A stretch of DNA of 64,000 nt from Tolypothrix carrinoi HA7290-LM1 (GTDB lineage: Bacteria; Cyanobacteriota; Cyanobacteriia; Cyanobacteriales; Nostocaceae). The stretch's first letter is position 1, and each line of letters opens with the position of its first letter. The DNA lies in the NCBI GenBank assembly GCA_019358935.1, contig JAHHIK010000021.1, forward strand, positions 1 through 64,000. Direction: 5' to 3'. A program made the translations under genes and the position numbers. This document shows positions 53,909 to 63,743 of this stretch, in pieces. The notes beneath the pieces were generated by a model, which did no database searches, had not been told where the DNA came from, and saw only the letters and a program-made list of their open reading frames with translations.

Positions 53909-54601
53909 ATGACAGCTTCTATAGAACGTGGCTTAAACAAGATACCACCTTTAGAAAGTGGCGATAGACTCAGCCGCCACGAATTTGAGCGCCGCTATAC
54001 AGCAATGCCGCACCTCAAGAAAGCAGAATTAATTGAAGGAGTCGTCTACGTGTCATCGCCATTACGTTTTAAAAGTCATGGACAACCTCACGGTGATTTA
54101 ATTATTTGGTTAGGAACTTACAAAGTTTCCACCCCAGGAGTAGAGTTAGGTGATAATGCTACAGTTCGCCTAGATTTAGACAATGAACCACAGCCGGATG
54201 TTTTATTATTAATAGATGAAAGATTGGGCGGACAGGCAAAAATTAGTGAAGATGACTACATCGAAGGCGCACCAGAGTTAGTAGCAGAAGTTGCTGCTAG
54301 TAGTGCATCAAATGATTTATATGATAAGAAACGCGCATACCGTCGTAATGGCGTGCAAGAATATATTGTTTGGCAGATTTTGGAAAATAAAGTTGATTGG
54401 TTCAGCTTGCAAAATGACGAGTATGTAACATTAGAAGCTGATGCAAATGGTGTGATTAAAAGTCGGATATTTCCTGGTTTGTGGTTAGATATGACAGCGC
54501 TATTAACAGGAGAAATGACTAAAGTTTTAGCGGTGCTGCAAGCAGGTTTGAATTCAACAGAACATCAGGCTTTTGTTGAACGTTTGTCACGCCAATCTTA
54601 G
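53909..54601 (+). CDS. Uma2 family endonuclease
   Basis: AELIEG, EPQPD, PELVAEV, GVQEY. Confidence 0.92.
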   Translation: MTASIERGLNKIPPLESGDRLSRHEFERRYTAMPHLKKAELIEGVVYVSSPLRFKSHGQPHGDLIIWLGTYKVSTPGVELGDNATVRLDLDNEPQPDVLLLIDERLGGQAKISEDDYIEGAPELVAEVAASSASNDLYDKKRAYRRNGVQEYIVWQILENKVDWFSLQNDEYVTLEADANGVIKSRIFPGLWLDMTALLTGEMTKVLAVLQAGLNSTEHQAFVERLSRQS

Positions 54602-55068
54602 ATTATCTTCTCCATGAAGACGGTACAAAGGCTGTCATTGTAACGTTCAATTACATAAAAGCCGAGTTGCTTATAGAGTTTCACAGCTTGTGCTTGTTTT
54701 TGTTCATCTGCACAGTCAAGTCTGACTTTCTTGTAAGCTGCTTTCTTGGCAAAATCTAAAAGCATCTGTGCCATTTTTTTGCCAAATCCTTGTCCTCGGT
54801 AATCTTTGAGCAACCACATCCGCTTCAGTTCGCAGATGTCGTCATTCAAACGCCTAATTCCTCCGCTACCAACAACTTTATCATCATCGACAAGTACCAA
54901 GAATATACCTTTATTATCTAAATAGTGCGATCGCACGTCATCTATATCTGACATATCATAATTTCTAATTACTTCTTCAGGAACCTGAAATATTTCTGAG
55001 CATACTGCAAATATAATTCGTTTAACTTCTTCAATTTGGTGTAATTTTATCGTTTTGATTTCTATCAT
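54598..55068 (-). CDS. GNAT family N-acetyltransferase
   Basis: ELKRMW, YRGQGFG, AVKLYKQLGF. Confidence 0.92.
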   Translation of the reverse strand: MIEIKTIKLHQIEEVKRIIFAVCSEIFQVPEEVIRNYDMSDIDDVRSHYLDNKGIFLVLVDDDKVVGSGGIRRLNDDICELKRMWLLKDYRGQGFGKKMAQMLLDFAKKAAYKKVRLDCADEQKQAQAVKLYKQLGFYVIERYNDSLCTVFMEKII

Positions 55069-55657
55069 TTTCTTTATTATTAATAGGTAAAGCCAAGTCT
55101 ACTTGTTTTAACAACGCATCTTTAGTAGAGTTGTTATCTAACACAATATCAGCAAGCGCTGCTTTTTCGGTAATCGGCATTTGACTGTGAATCCTGGCTT
55201 GTGCTTGTTCTAAAGTTAAATTATTCCGCTGCATTAATCTTGCTAACTGTTGTTGTTCAGAACAACTTACTACCCAAATTTCTGTAACTAAATCTGTCAT
55301 TTCCGCTTCAAATAGTAAAGGCACAACAAACACCAGTAGAGACGCGACCGATCGCGTCTCTACAATAAGGCGATCGCGCACGTAAGGATGAATCAAATTC
55401 TCTACCCAACTGCGTTCTGCTTGATTGGTAAAGATAATTTCGCCTAGCTTTGTCCGGTTGAGGCTTTTATCTGCAAGTAACATTTCTTGTCCGTAACGGA
55501 GAGCGATCGCTTGAAGTATTGGCGAATTTATAGATACTGCGTCTCTAGCATATATATCTGCATCGAAAATCGGCAAACTATAAGCTGTAGCTAAATAATT
55601 TGCAACAGTACTTTTGCCTGTAGCGATACCTCCAGTTAAACCAATTATACGTTTCAT
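55031..55657 (-). CDS. coaE: Dephospho-CoA kinase
   Basis: IGLTGGIATGKST, DAD, IHP, PLLFE. Confidence 0.95.
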   Translation of the reverse strand: MKRIIGLTGGIATGKSTVANYLATAYSLPIFDADIYARDAVSINSPILQAIALRYGQEMLLADKSLNRTKLGEIIFTNQAERSWVENLIHPYVRDRLIVETRSVASLLVFVVPLLFEAEMTDLVTEIWVVSCSEQQQLARLMQRNNLTLEQAQARIHSQMPITEKAALADIVLDNNSTKDALLKQVDLALPINNKENDRNQNDKITPN

Positions 55658-55875
55658 TGGGGATTGGGTAATGGGTAATTGGTAATTGGTAATTGGGCAT
55701 TGGGCAATGGGGATTGGGCATTGGTAATTGGGCATTGGTAATTGGTAATTGGTAATTGGTAATTGGGCATTGGACAAATAACCACTAACCACTAACAACT
55801 ATCAACTATCAACTAACAACTAACCACTAACAACTAACAACTATCAACTATCAACTAACAACTAACTACTAACTA
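55658..55875. repeat. STRR heptamer arrays (TTGGTAA/TTGGGCA then AACTATC/AACTAAC)
   Basis: Tandem 7-mers. Confidence 0.88.
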
Positions 55876-56701
55876 CCCATTTTATCAAAGCTTGCGTTAA
55901 TCCTTCTAAAGTATGTTCTTCAGCTTCGACATCTATGCGTCCTAGTAAAGAACGACAATCTTTAGAGGTTTGAGGACCGATAGAAGCAATACAAATCCCT
56001 TCTAAAGAATTTGCCAGTGAGTTGACTGAAAATAGTTTTGTTGTCAGTTTATTGAAACATTGTACAGTTTTAGAACTAGCAAAAGTAATAATATCCACAC
56101 TTTTCTTTTGCAGCGCTAATTCTGCCGCTGGAGGGATGCTATTTGGACAGCAAGATTGATATGCAGCAACTTCTGTTACCTCTGCACCTTTAGCGGTGAA
56201 TTCTTTTACTAAAACTTCTCTTCCACCGCTTTCAACTCTGGGAAATAATATCTTTTTTCCTGTCAGTTCTTCGGGAAAGTTTGCTATTAACGAATCGGCG
56301 ATAAAATTGGGGGGAATAAAGTCTGGTTGCAAACTTCTTTGTTTAAGACTTTGAGCGGTTTTTTCACCGACAACGGCAATTTTGATATTAGCTAAAGCAC
56401 GGTTATCTATATTTTGTGTGTTCAGTCGTTCAAAAAAGTAGTCTATGGCATTAGTGGAAGTGAGAATTAACCAATGAAAATCGGATAAATGCGCGATCGC
56501 ATTATCTAAACCTGACCAACTCGAAGGGGAAACTATTTCTAATGTTGGCATTTCAATCACTGTAGCACCAACTTCGGTCAGGCGATCGCTAAATTGGCTG
56601 GATTGTCCAACTGAACGTGTAACTAAAACTGTTTTACCGACGAGGGGGAGGGAGGAGGGGGAGAGGGGGAGATGGGGGGAGGGGGGGAGGTTATTTGACA
56701 T
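55862..56701 (-). CDS. hemD: Uroporphyrinogen-III synthase
   Basis: VLVTR, LTSTNA, VGEKTA, FASSKTV, SIGPQTS. Confidence 0.92.
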   Translation of the reverse strand: MSNNLPPSPHLPLSPSSLPLVGKTVLVTRSVGQSSQFSDRLTEVGATVIEMPTLEIVSPSSWSGLDNAIAHLSDFHWLILTSTNAIDYFFERLNTQNIDNRALANIKIAVVGEKTAQSLKQRSLQPDFIPPNFIADSLIANFPEELTGKKILFPRVESGGREVLVKEFTAKGAEVTEVAAYQSCCPNSIPPAAELALQKKSVDIITFASSKTVQCFNKLTTKLFSVNSLANSLEGICIASIGPQTSKDCRSLLGRIDVEAEEHTLEGLTQALIKWVVSS

Positions 56702-56728
56702 AGCTGGGGGTGGCTAGTAAGAATTGTC

Positions 56729-57466
56729 TTAGTCTATATTCTCAGATTGCAGGTATCTGCGTAAGCCGACAACTTCACCAATGACTATTACCACTGGTGA
56801 TAAAGATTCTTGAGCGGTTTCTTGGAGAATATTGCCAAGTTGAGCGATGATAATTTTTTCTTGGGGAGTGCCTGCCCAACGGATAATGGCAATGGGTGTT
56901 AAACGCGATCGCCCGTACCGCAGCAATTGATGTACAATTTCAGGTAGATTTCGTCCTCCCATCAAAATTACTAGCGTTTCTAAACGTGATAGCGCTTCCC
57001 AATCTAAAGCTTCTGGTTCATGCGCTGTGAATACTGCAAAACATCGACTTAAAACTGGATCTGTCAGGGGAATTCCTGCAAGTAACGGTGCTGCTAAAGC
57101 TGAGGAAATTCCTGGTACTACTTCAAACTGACAACCTGCTTTTTTTAAAGCTTCAATTTCTGACGTACAGCGTCCAAAAATAAACGGATCGCCTGATTTT
57201 AAGCGTACAACTTGTTGATTTTGCTGGCAATGTTTGACGAGTAAGTTGTTAATTTCAACTTGCGGTGTACTTGGTTTCCCACCGCGTTTACCTACATCCA
57301 ATTTGAGACAATCAGATGGTACTAACTCTAATAATTGGGCATCTACTAAAGCGTCGTAAACTAAAACTTCTGCCTGAGCTAAGAGATGATAAGCTTTGAC
57401 GGTGAGGTATGCGACATCTCCTAATCCTGCACCTACGAGGTAGACTTTACCCTTTTGTTTAGTCAT
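56729..57466 (-). CDS. cobA: Uroporphyrinogen-III C-methyltransferase
   Basis: VYLVGAG, YDALV, RLKSGDPFIFGR, VPGISS. Confidence 0.93.
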   Translation of the reverse strand: MTKQKGKVYLVGAGLGDVAYLTVKAYHLLAQAEVLVYDALVDAQLLELVPSDCLKLDVGKRGGKPSTPQVEINNLLVKHCQQNQQVVRLKSGDPFIFGRCTSEIEALKKAGCQFEVVPGISSALAAPLLAGIPLTDPVLSRCFAVFTAHEPEALDWEALSRLETLVILMGGRNLPEIVHQLLRYGRSRLTPIAIIRWAGTPQEKIIIAQLGNILQETAQESLSPVVIVIGEVVGLRRYLQSENID

Positions 57467-57583
57467 GACTTCTGGAGGATTTTGAACCGCAAATAAACGC
57501 GCTTTAATGTAGTAAGCACGGAGAGTGCTTAAGATTGAATATTTGAGCATTCTCCGTGCTCACTACGAATTAAGATTAAAAGT

Positions 57584-58813
57584 TTAATTTATTTGTGTAG
57601 TGTTGATTTTTTGGAATAGCTGATCAACTCGTTCAAGCATCTTGGAGTTTCCTTGCGCTTGAAATAATTCTCTAGCTTTTTTCAAAGCAACGATCGCATC
57701 ATCTAGTTGTTGTTGCCTTCCTAAAGTTACTGCTAAATTATAATAGGCGTAGCCATTCTTTGGATCGAGGCTGATGGCTTTTTTGTATTGAGCGATCGCT
57801 TCAGTTGGTTTACCTTGATCGTCTAGCGCATTTCCTAAACCGTTGTAAGCTTGTACATACTTGGGATCGAGCCGAATTGTTTCTGTATATTCAGCGACTG
57901 CTTCTGTTAGCTTCTGTTGTTCGTACAATGCTGACGCTAAGTTGTAATGAGCCGATACATATTTGGGATTTCGGCTAATTGCTTTTCTATATTGAGCGAT
58001 CGCTTCTGAGATTTTGCCTTGAATTTCTAAAGCTTGTCCTAAACCGCTGTAACCTGCTGGATTTGTTGGTTCTAAACGAATGGCTTCTGTATATTCAGCG
58101 ATTGCTTCTGTTATTTTACCTTGTCCGTGGAATGCAGTTGCTAAATAATAATGAGCGGCTGCATATTTTGGTTCCAGACTAATTGCTTTTTGATATTGTG
58201 CGATCGCTTCAGAGATTTTGCCTTGATCGTACAAAGCATTTCCCAAATGTGCTAATGCTGGTGCATAATTGGGTTCTAGGCGAATCGTTTCTGTATATTG
58301 TGCGATCGCTTCTGTTATTTTACCTTGATTGTAGAGAGCATTGCCTAAGTTATAGCGAGCTCTTACATATTTTGGATCGAGGCTGATGGCTTTTTGATAT
58401 TGAGCGATCGCATCATCTAACTTATCCAGTCTTGCTAAAGTCAAACCTAAATTAAAGTATGCTCCAGATTCTTCTGGTTCTAGGCTAATCGCTTTTTTGT
58501 AACTAGCGATCGCTTCACTTGACTTACCTTGATCGTCAAGAGTATTTCCCAAACCAATATAAGCTTTAGCAAAGTTTGGTTGCAACTCGATTGCTTTCCT
58601 AAAAGCTGCTTCCGATCCTTTTAAATCTCCTTGTTCGTAAAGATTTAAACCTTCCTCAAAGCTAGCAACTGCGTTTTTGTTAAAAGGTGCTATCGTCTCT
58701 GAAGCGTCTGGTTTGTTTTGTTCACCTACGCTGACAATCACACCAAAAGCAGTATTAAGATTTGTCAAACATAAGCCGATAATAGTTGCAGTCAGCAAAT
58801 TTGTTTTCAGCAT
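57584..58813 (-). CDS. TPR repeat protein
   Basis: About ten 34-aa repeats. Confidence 0.93.
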   Translation of the reverse strand: MLKTNLLTATIIGLCLTNLNTAFGVIVSVGEQNKPDASETIAPFNKNAVASFEEGLNLYEQGDLKGSEAAFRKAIELQPNFAKAYIGLGNTLDDQGKSSEAIASYKKAISLEPEESGAYFNLGLTLARLDKLDDAIAQYQKAISLDPKYVRARYNLGNALYNQGKITEAIAQYTETIRLEPNYAPALAHLGNALYDQGKISEAIAQYQKAISLEPKYAAAHYYLATAFHGQGKITEAIAEYTEAIRLEPTNPAGYSGLGQALEIQGKISEAIAQYRKAISRNPKYVSAHYNLASALYEQQKLTEAVAEYTETIRLDPKYVQAYNGLGNALDDQGKPTEAIAQYKKAISLDPKNGYAYYNLAVTLGRQQQLDDAIVALKKARELFQAQGNSKMLERVDQLFQKINTTQIN

Positions 58814-58867
58814 TTTTACTAAAATATCTACATTTGGTTTAAATGCTTACTTTGTCTTTTACTACAT

Positions 58868-59341
58868 TTATGATAATTTACTTGATCTAGCTGTCATTTT
58901 ATCTAATAATTGAGTTATTTTCTCAACTTTTTCCGTTTGTCGTTGTTTTTGCAATAAATCTTTAGCTAATTGCAAGTTTTTTATCGCTTCTTCTCGCTTC
59001 TCTTGCTGCATGAGAACATTAGACAGACGCAAGTAAGCATCAGCATATTTGGGACTGCGATTAATCACTTCACTAAAGATTGCCGCTGCTGATTCTAAAT
59101 TACCTTGTTGTGTCAAGACATCTCCCAACAGCAAGCGAACCACATCATTAGTAGAGTTAATCGAAATCACTTTGCGAAAAATCGCTTCTGCACCTGGATA
59201 ATCTTCTTGTTGATAAAGAGTTACTCCTTGTTGAAACAAATTTGAAGTAATCAAAGTTTTCGCCGAAAAATACATCAAAATGGCGATAGCGAGGATGACT
59301 ACAGCAATAGCAAAAATTGAACTTGAGGGAATTTCTAACAT
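58868..59341 (-). CDS. TPR protein with N-terminal TM
   Basis: Three TPR-like repeats. Confidence 0.85.
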   Translation of the reverse strand: MLEIPSSSIFAIAVVILAIAILMYFSAKTLITSNLFQQGVTLYQQEDYPGAEAIFRKVISINSTNDVVRLLLGDVLTQQGNLESAAAIFSEVINRSPKYADAYLRLSNVLMQQEKREEAIKNLQLAKDLLQKQRQTEKVEKITQLLDKMTARSSKLS

Positions 59342-59345
59342 AATA

Positions 59346-60278
59346 TTAAGCCAAAAGACAAGCAATAGGGAAAATCAGATATTCGACGAAAAACAGCTTC
59401 CAGATGAATTGATAAAATTTAGCGATCGCGCTTTTATCTTGCAAATCAACCGACTTACTTTTAAACCACATTAAACCCAGCGTCACAAGATGAGTAATTA
59501 CCACGAAAACTGGATTAACTTCTGCAAGACGTAGTACACCCACTAAAATCATACCAACATAGCAAACAGTTAACACCCAAAGAGCCAGATTAAACACAGC
59601 TTTTTGACCGAGTTGCAGAGTGAAAGTACTGATATTGTAGAGGCGATCGCCTTCCATATCGGGGATATCTTTAAAGATAGCGATCGCAAAGCTAAACACC
59701 ACAATAAACACCGTCAAAACCCACACCGCAGACGGAATTCCTTTATTTGTTTGCAACAGCCAATTAAAGTGCAAAAACAGCCCCAAATTTACAATAGCCC
59801 CGCGCACACTAAAAATACACAAAGCCGCCCAAAAAGGAAACTGTTTTAAGCGAATTGGCGGTAAAGAATAAGCCGTCCCAATCGCCAAACTTATAGTTAC
59901 CAAACTCAATAAAAACGGTCCCCCCAGCCACGCTATAGCTAGTGCGAGAATACCAGCAATACCCACAATTAATTGTCCGGTGCGGCGCGAAAATTCTCCC
60001 GCTGCTATTGGCAAATGAGGCTTATTAATTTTGTCAATTTCCACATCTTCTAATTGATTCAACCCGACAATATAAACATTGCCACACAGACAAGCAATCC
60101 ATGCTGAAAAAAGTTGACCTAAACTAGGAAAAGAAGATGATGTAGCGCTAGCAATCAAATACAAACCCAACACACTCAAAGTAGTGCCAATAATGGTGTG
60201 TGGACGGGAAAACTTCCAAAAAGAATACAACCAACCACCCAGAACATTAAAAGACCCTTGTTTAGAAATCTGACGCAT
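59346..60278 (-). CDS. hpt: Homogentisate phytyltransferase
   Basis: FSRPHTIIGT, NQLEDVEIDKINKP, KDIPDMEGD. Confidence 0.95.
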   Translation of the reverse strand: MRQISKQGSFNVLGGWLYSFWKFSRPHTIIGTTLSVLGLYLIASATSSSFPSLGQLFSAWIACLCGNVYIVGLNQLEDVEIDKINKPHLPIAAGEFSRRTGQLIVGIAGILALAIAWLGGPFLLSLVTISLAIGTAYSLPPIRLKQFPFWAALCIFSVRGAIVNLGLFLHFNWLLQTNKGIPSAVWVLTVFIVVFSFAIAIFKDIPDMEGDRLYNISTFTLQLGQKAVFNLALWVLTVCYVGMILVGVLRLAEVNPVFVVITHLVTLGLMWFKSKSVDLQDKSAIAKFYQFIWKLFFVEYLIFPIACLLA

Positions 60279-60305
60279 AATAATTTGTGATTTTAAATTA
60301 AAAAG

Positions 60306-60368
60306 AATGGGTAATTGCTAATTGGTAATCGGTAATCGGTCATTGGTCATTCCCCATTCCCCATTCCC
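60306..60368. repeat. Short STRR heptamer cassette
   Basis: GGTAATC/GGTCATT then CCCCATT. Confidence 0.8.
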
Positions 60369-61211
60369 TCATTTATTTCCACATAACAACCCAAATCGAA
60401 TTAAACCACGTTCATAACCACGACGCATTAACCCCAGCGATAGCGCTCCAACAATAGTACTCCAACTTGATCGCAGTAATCCGAAAATTGCTTGGGGAGT
60501 GAACGCCGAATCAATTACTATATTCCAAAATGGGGCAACAGCAATAGACCAATCAGCAGTGCGGATATTTTGTAATGGAAGTTCTTTAGCGATCGCTTCA
60601 TACTCAGGCAAAGAAATCACATAAGGCAAACAATACACTCGGTAAATATCCTGCAAATGCTTTTGTTCATCTTGACTCAGCGGTGACTCATCAATCGGAC
60701 GATGACACCAAGTCACCATAATCAAAGTTCCACCCGGTTTTAGCACCCGATAACACTCTTGCATAAACTTGGCTTTATCCGGCATATGTTCGCCACTTTC
60801 CAGCGACCAAACCAAGTCAAAAGAATCGTCAGCAAAGGGCATTTCTTGAGCATTTGCCACCTGGAAATGACATCTAGACCCCAAACCAGCCTCTTGAGCG
60901 CGTTCGGTGGCTCTAGCGGCTTGCACGGGACTCAGAGTAATCCCTGTTGCAGAGGCATTAAACTTTTCGGCTAAGTATAAAGAACTACCACCAATTCCAC
61001 AACCCACATCGAGGATATTCTCTGCTTGCTGCACCCCCGACCACTTGAGTAATTCTTCGATTAAGTCTATTTGCGCTTGACGGCGGTCTTTTTTCAGCTT
61101 TCCATCTGCACCATAATAGCCGTGGTGCATATGTTCGCCCCAAATTTCTTCCCACAGACCGGAGGAAGCATCGTAAAACTGCTGAATTTGTTGGTAAAGT
61201 GTTGCACTCAT
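60369..61211 (-). CDS. Gamma-tocopherol methyltransferase (VTE4-like)
   Basis: WGEHMHHGYY, LDVGCGIGG, ESGEHMPDK; adjacent to hpt. Confidence 0.9.
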   Translation of the reverse strand: MSATLYQQIQQFYDASSGLWEEIWGEHMHHGYYGADGKLKKDRRQAQIDLIEELLKWSGVQQAENILDVGCGIGGSSLYLAEKFNASATGITLSPVQAARATERAQEAGLGSRCHFQVANAQEMPFADDSFDLVWSLESGEHMPDKAKFMQECYRVLKPGGTLIMVTWCHRPIDESPLSQDEQKHLQDIYRVYCLPYVISLPEYEAIAKELPLQNIRTADWSIAVAPFWNIVIDSAFTPQAIFGLLRSSWSTIVGALSLGLMRRGYERGLIRFGLLCGNK

Positions 61212-61220
61212 GAATTTATT

Positions 61221-61282
61221 GGGGAATGGGCATGGGGCATAGGGCATAGGGCATAGGGCATAGGGCATAGGGCATGGGGCAT
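61221..61282. repeat. STRR array (GGGCATA)n
   Basis: Tandem 7-mers. Confidence 0.85.
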
Positions 61283-61429
61283 GAAAAAATCTCCCATTGC
61301 CTCAATCAAACATATTGGTAGGCTACCATGTATGTTTTTAATTAAATAAGGGTATTTTTATTTCCAGGGAGGGTCAGCCCTACTTCAGGAGCGATCGTAA
61401 AAATTTAAATTTATAAATTTTACCTTGAT

Positions 61430-62764
61430 ATGACTGTTGCTCGCACAATTTGCTTGGGATTTCTGGCTGTGATTGCTGTGGGAACCATCTTACTGATGAT
61501 GCCTTTTTCTACCAGCAATGGTACGTGGAATGACTTAATTGTGGCATTATTTACTTCCACATCCGCAGTTTGCGTTACAGGTTTATCAGTAGTTGATCCT
61601 GGTACTTATTTTTCTTTTTGGGGACAGTTGTTTATTGCTTTACTAGCTCAAATTGGCGGGTTGGGCTACATGACAACCACAACTTTTCTGATTTTGCTAG
61701 TTGGGCGTAAGTTTGATTTGCGACATAAAATGGCGATTCAACAAGCTTTAGACCGACCGGGAATGAGTGGTAGTAGGCAAGTTATTCGCTCAATCATTGC
61801 GACAACTTTGATTTTTGAAATTACTGGGGCATTTTTACTTTTACCAGCTTTTGTTCCCAAATATGGATGGAGTCAAGGACTTTGGTTAGCTATTTTTCAT
61901 AGTGTGAATGCTTGGAATAATGCAGGTTTTAGTTTGTTTAAAGATAGCTTGATGGGATATCAATCATCTTTTTTAGTTGTTTTTACGATCACAGGCTTGA
62001 TTATTTTTGGCGGAATTGGTTATCAAGTTATTTTGGAAATGTACATTTGGTTACGCGATCGCCTAACAAAAAAAACACTCAATATAGTATTTTCTTTAGA
62101 TTTTAAAGTTGCTACAATCACCACAATCATACTTTTAATCTTAGGAACTATTGTATTTTTCGCTATAGAAATAAGAAACCCTCAAACCTTTGGTAATCTC
62201 AGTTTTCGTGAGCAATTATTAGTTGCTTGGTTTCAATCAGTGACTCCCAGAACTGCTGGCTTTAACACCATTGATATTGGCAAGATGACAAATGCTGGTT
62301 TGTTTATTACGATTGCACTGATGTTTATTGGTGCAAGTCCCGGTGGTACAGGAGGCGGTATTAAAACAACAACGTTGAGAGTTCTTACCAGTTGTACAAA
62401 AACCATTCTTCAAGGAAAAGAAGAAGTTTTATTATATGAACGCAAAATTGCAACATCTTTAATTTTGAAAGCTGTTGGTGTGTTAGTAGGTTCAATAACA
62501 ACCGTTATTATTTCAACAATTTTAATTAGTATCACCGATCCAGAATTGGATTTTCTTCAAATTCTGTTTGAAGTAGTTTCAGCCTTTGCTACAGTTGGTC
62601 TGTCTACAGGAATCACGGGAAATGTTTCTATAGCAGCGAAGCTGATCTTAATTGTCACAATGTATGTTGGACGAGTCGGCGTTTTACTACTGATGTCAGC
62701 TGTACTAGGAGACCCCCGTCCTAGCAGAATTCGCTATCCAGAAGAAAATTTACTCGTGGGCTAG
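61430..62764 (+). CDS. ktrB: Ktr/Trk potassium uptake membrane subunit
   Basis: SAVCVTGL, NNAGF, RTAGF, SAFATVGLS. Confidence 0.93.
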   Translation: MTVARTICLGFLAVIAVGTILLMMPFSTSNGTWNDLIVALFTSTSAVCVTGLSVVDPGTYFSFWGQLFIALLAQIGGLGYMTTTTFLILLVGRKFDLRHKMAIQQALDRPGMSGSRQVIRSIIATTLIFEITGAFLLLPAFVPKYGWSQGLWLAIFHSVNAWNNAGFSLFKDSLMGYQSSFLVVFTITGLIIFGGIGYQVILEMYIWLRDRLTKKTLNIVFSLDFKVATITTIILLILGTIVFFAIEIRNPQTFGNLSFREQLLVAWFQSVTPRTAGFNTIDIGKMTNAGLFITIALMFIGASPGGTGGGIKTTTLRVLTSCTKTILQGKEEVLLYERKIATSLILKAVGVLVGSITTVIISTILISITDPELDFLQILFEVVSAFATVGLSTGITGNVSIAAKLILIVTMYVGRVGVLLLMSAVLGDPRPSRIRYPEENLLVG

Positions 62765-62926
62765 TCAGAGAAACCAGGAGAATAAATAATAGCTAATGAC
62801 TAATTAAATATATGTAGACCAAACTGATAAAATGTAACTTATCAGGCAAAAAAGAAAATTTTTCAGGTTTTTAGGTCTAACTGTTTTTTGTCTTAGATAC
62901 AGACAAGGAAAATAAGGAAAACAACT

Positions 62927-63622
62927 GTGAATCTGTCATCGTTAGGTTTTTTTCGCAGTCTACGTCACGATAACCGCCAATTTGCCGTAATTGGCTTAGG
63001 TCGCTTTGGTCGTTCGGTATGTTCTACGCTACATAAACTAGGCTATCAAGTACTGGCAACAGATATTAATGAAAAGCGGGTATCCGACGCATTGACAGAG
63101 CAGCTAGTTGGTCATGCTTTGCAATTAGACTCAACAGAACCAGCAGCATTGAAAGAAGCTGGAGTTTTTGAATTTGATACAGTAATTGTGGCAATTGGAA
63201 ACTACATTCAAGAAAGTATTATCACCACGCTGAACGTCAAGGAGGGTGGTGTACCTCACGTAGTAGCCAAAGCCTCTAGTGAAGTTCACTGCAAGCTGTT
63301 GCGACGTGTGGGGGCAGATCACGTTGTATTTCCGGAGTTTGAGGCAGGTTCTGCGCTAGCGCGATCGCTCACCAAGCCCTCAATCCTAGATAGATTTGAC
63401 CTTGACCCAGATAACAGCATTGTCGAAATTATTGTACCTGATGAATTTCATGGTAAAACTATCGCCGAACTTCAACTTCGTAACCGCTATGGGTTGAATT
63501 TGCTGGCAATGAGTCACAATGGTAAATTTATCATTAATCCTGACTCAAGGAAGTATCTAGAGCGCGGTTCAGCAATAGTAGTTATTGGCTGCAACAAAGA
63601 TATTAATCGTTTGCCAATTTAA
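62927..63622 (+). CDS. ktrA: Ktr potassium uptake regulatory subunit
   Basis: GLGRFG Rossmann fold plus TrkA-C. Confidence 0.93.
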   Translation: MNLSSLGFFRSLRHDNRQFAVIGLGRFGRSVCSTLHKLGYQVLATDINEKRVSDALTEQLVGHALQLDSTEPAALKEAGVFEFDTVIVAIGNYIQESIITTLNVKEGGVPHVVAKASSEVHCKLLRRVGADHVVFPEFEAGSALARSLTKPSILDRFDLDPDNSIVEIIVPDEFHGKTIAELQLRNRYGLNLLAMSHNGKFIINPDSRKYLERGSAIVVIGCNKDINRLPI

Positions 63623-63626
63623 AAAA

Positions 63627-63743
63627 TGGGCAATGGGCAATGGGCAATGGGCATTGGGCATTGGGCTTCTCCCCTTTCCCCCTGTCTCCTTGTCCCCTTG
63701 TCTCCTTGTCTCCCCATTCCCCATTCCCCATTCCCCATTACCC
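63627..63743. repeat. STRR cassette (TGGGCAA / CCCCATT) with TCCCCTTG-type core
   Basis: Tandem repeats between convergent genes. Confidence 0.88.

Noticed and set aside
61283..61429. c-di-AMP riboswitch upstream of ktrB
   Set aside because: No recognisable ydaO-type conserved segments
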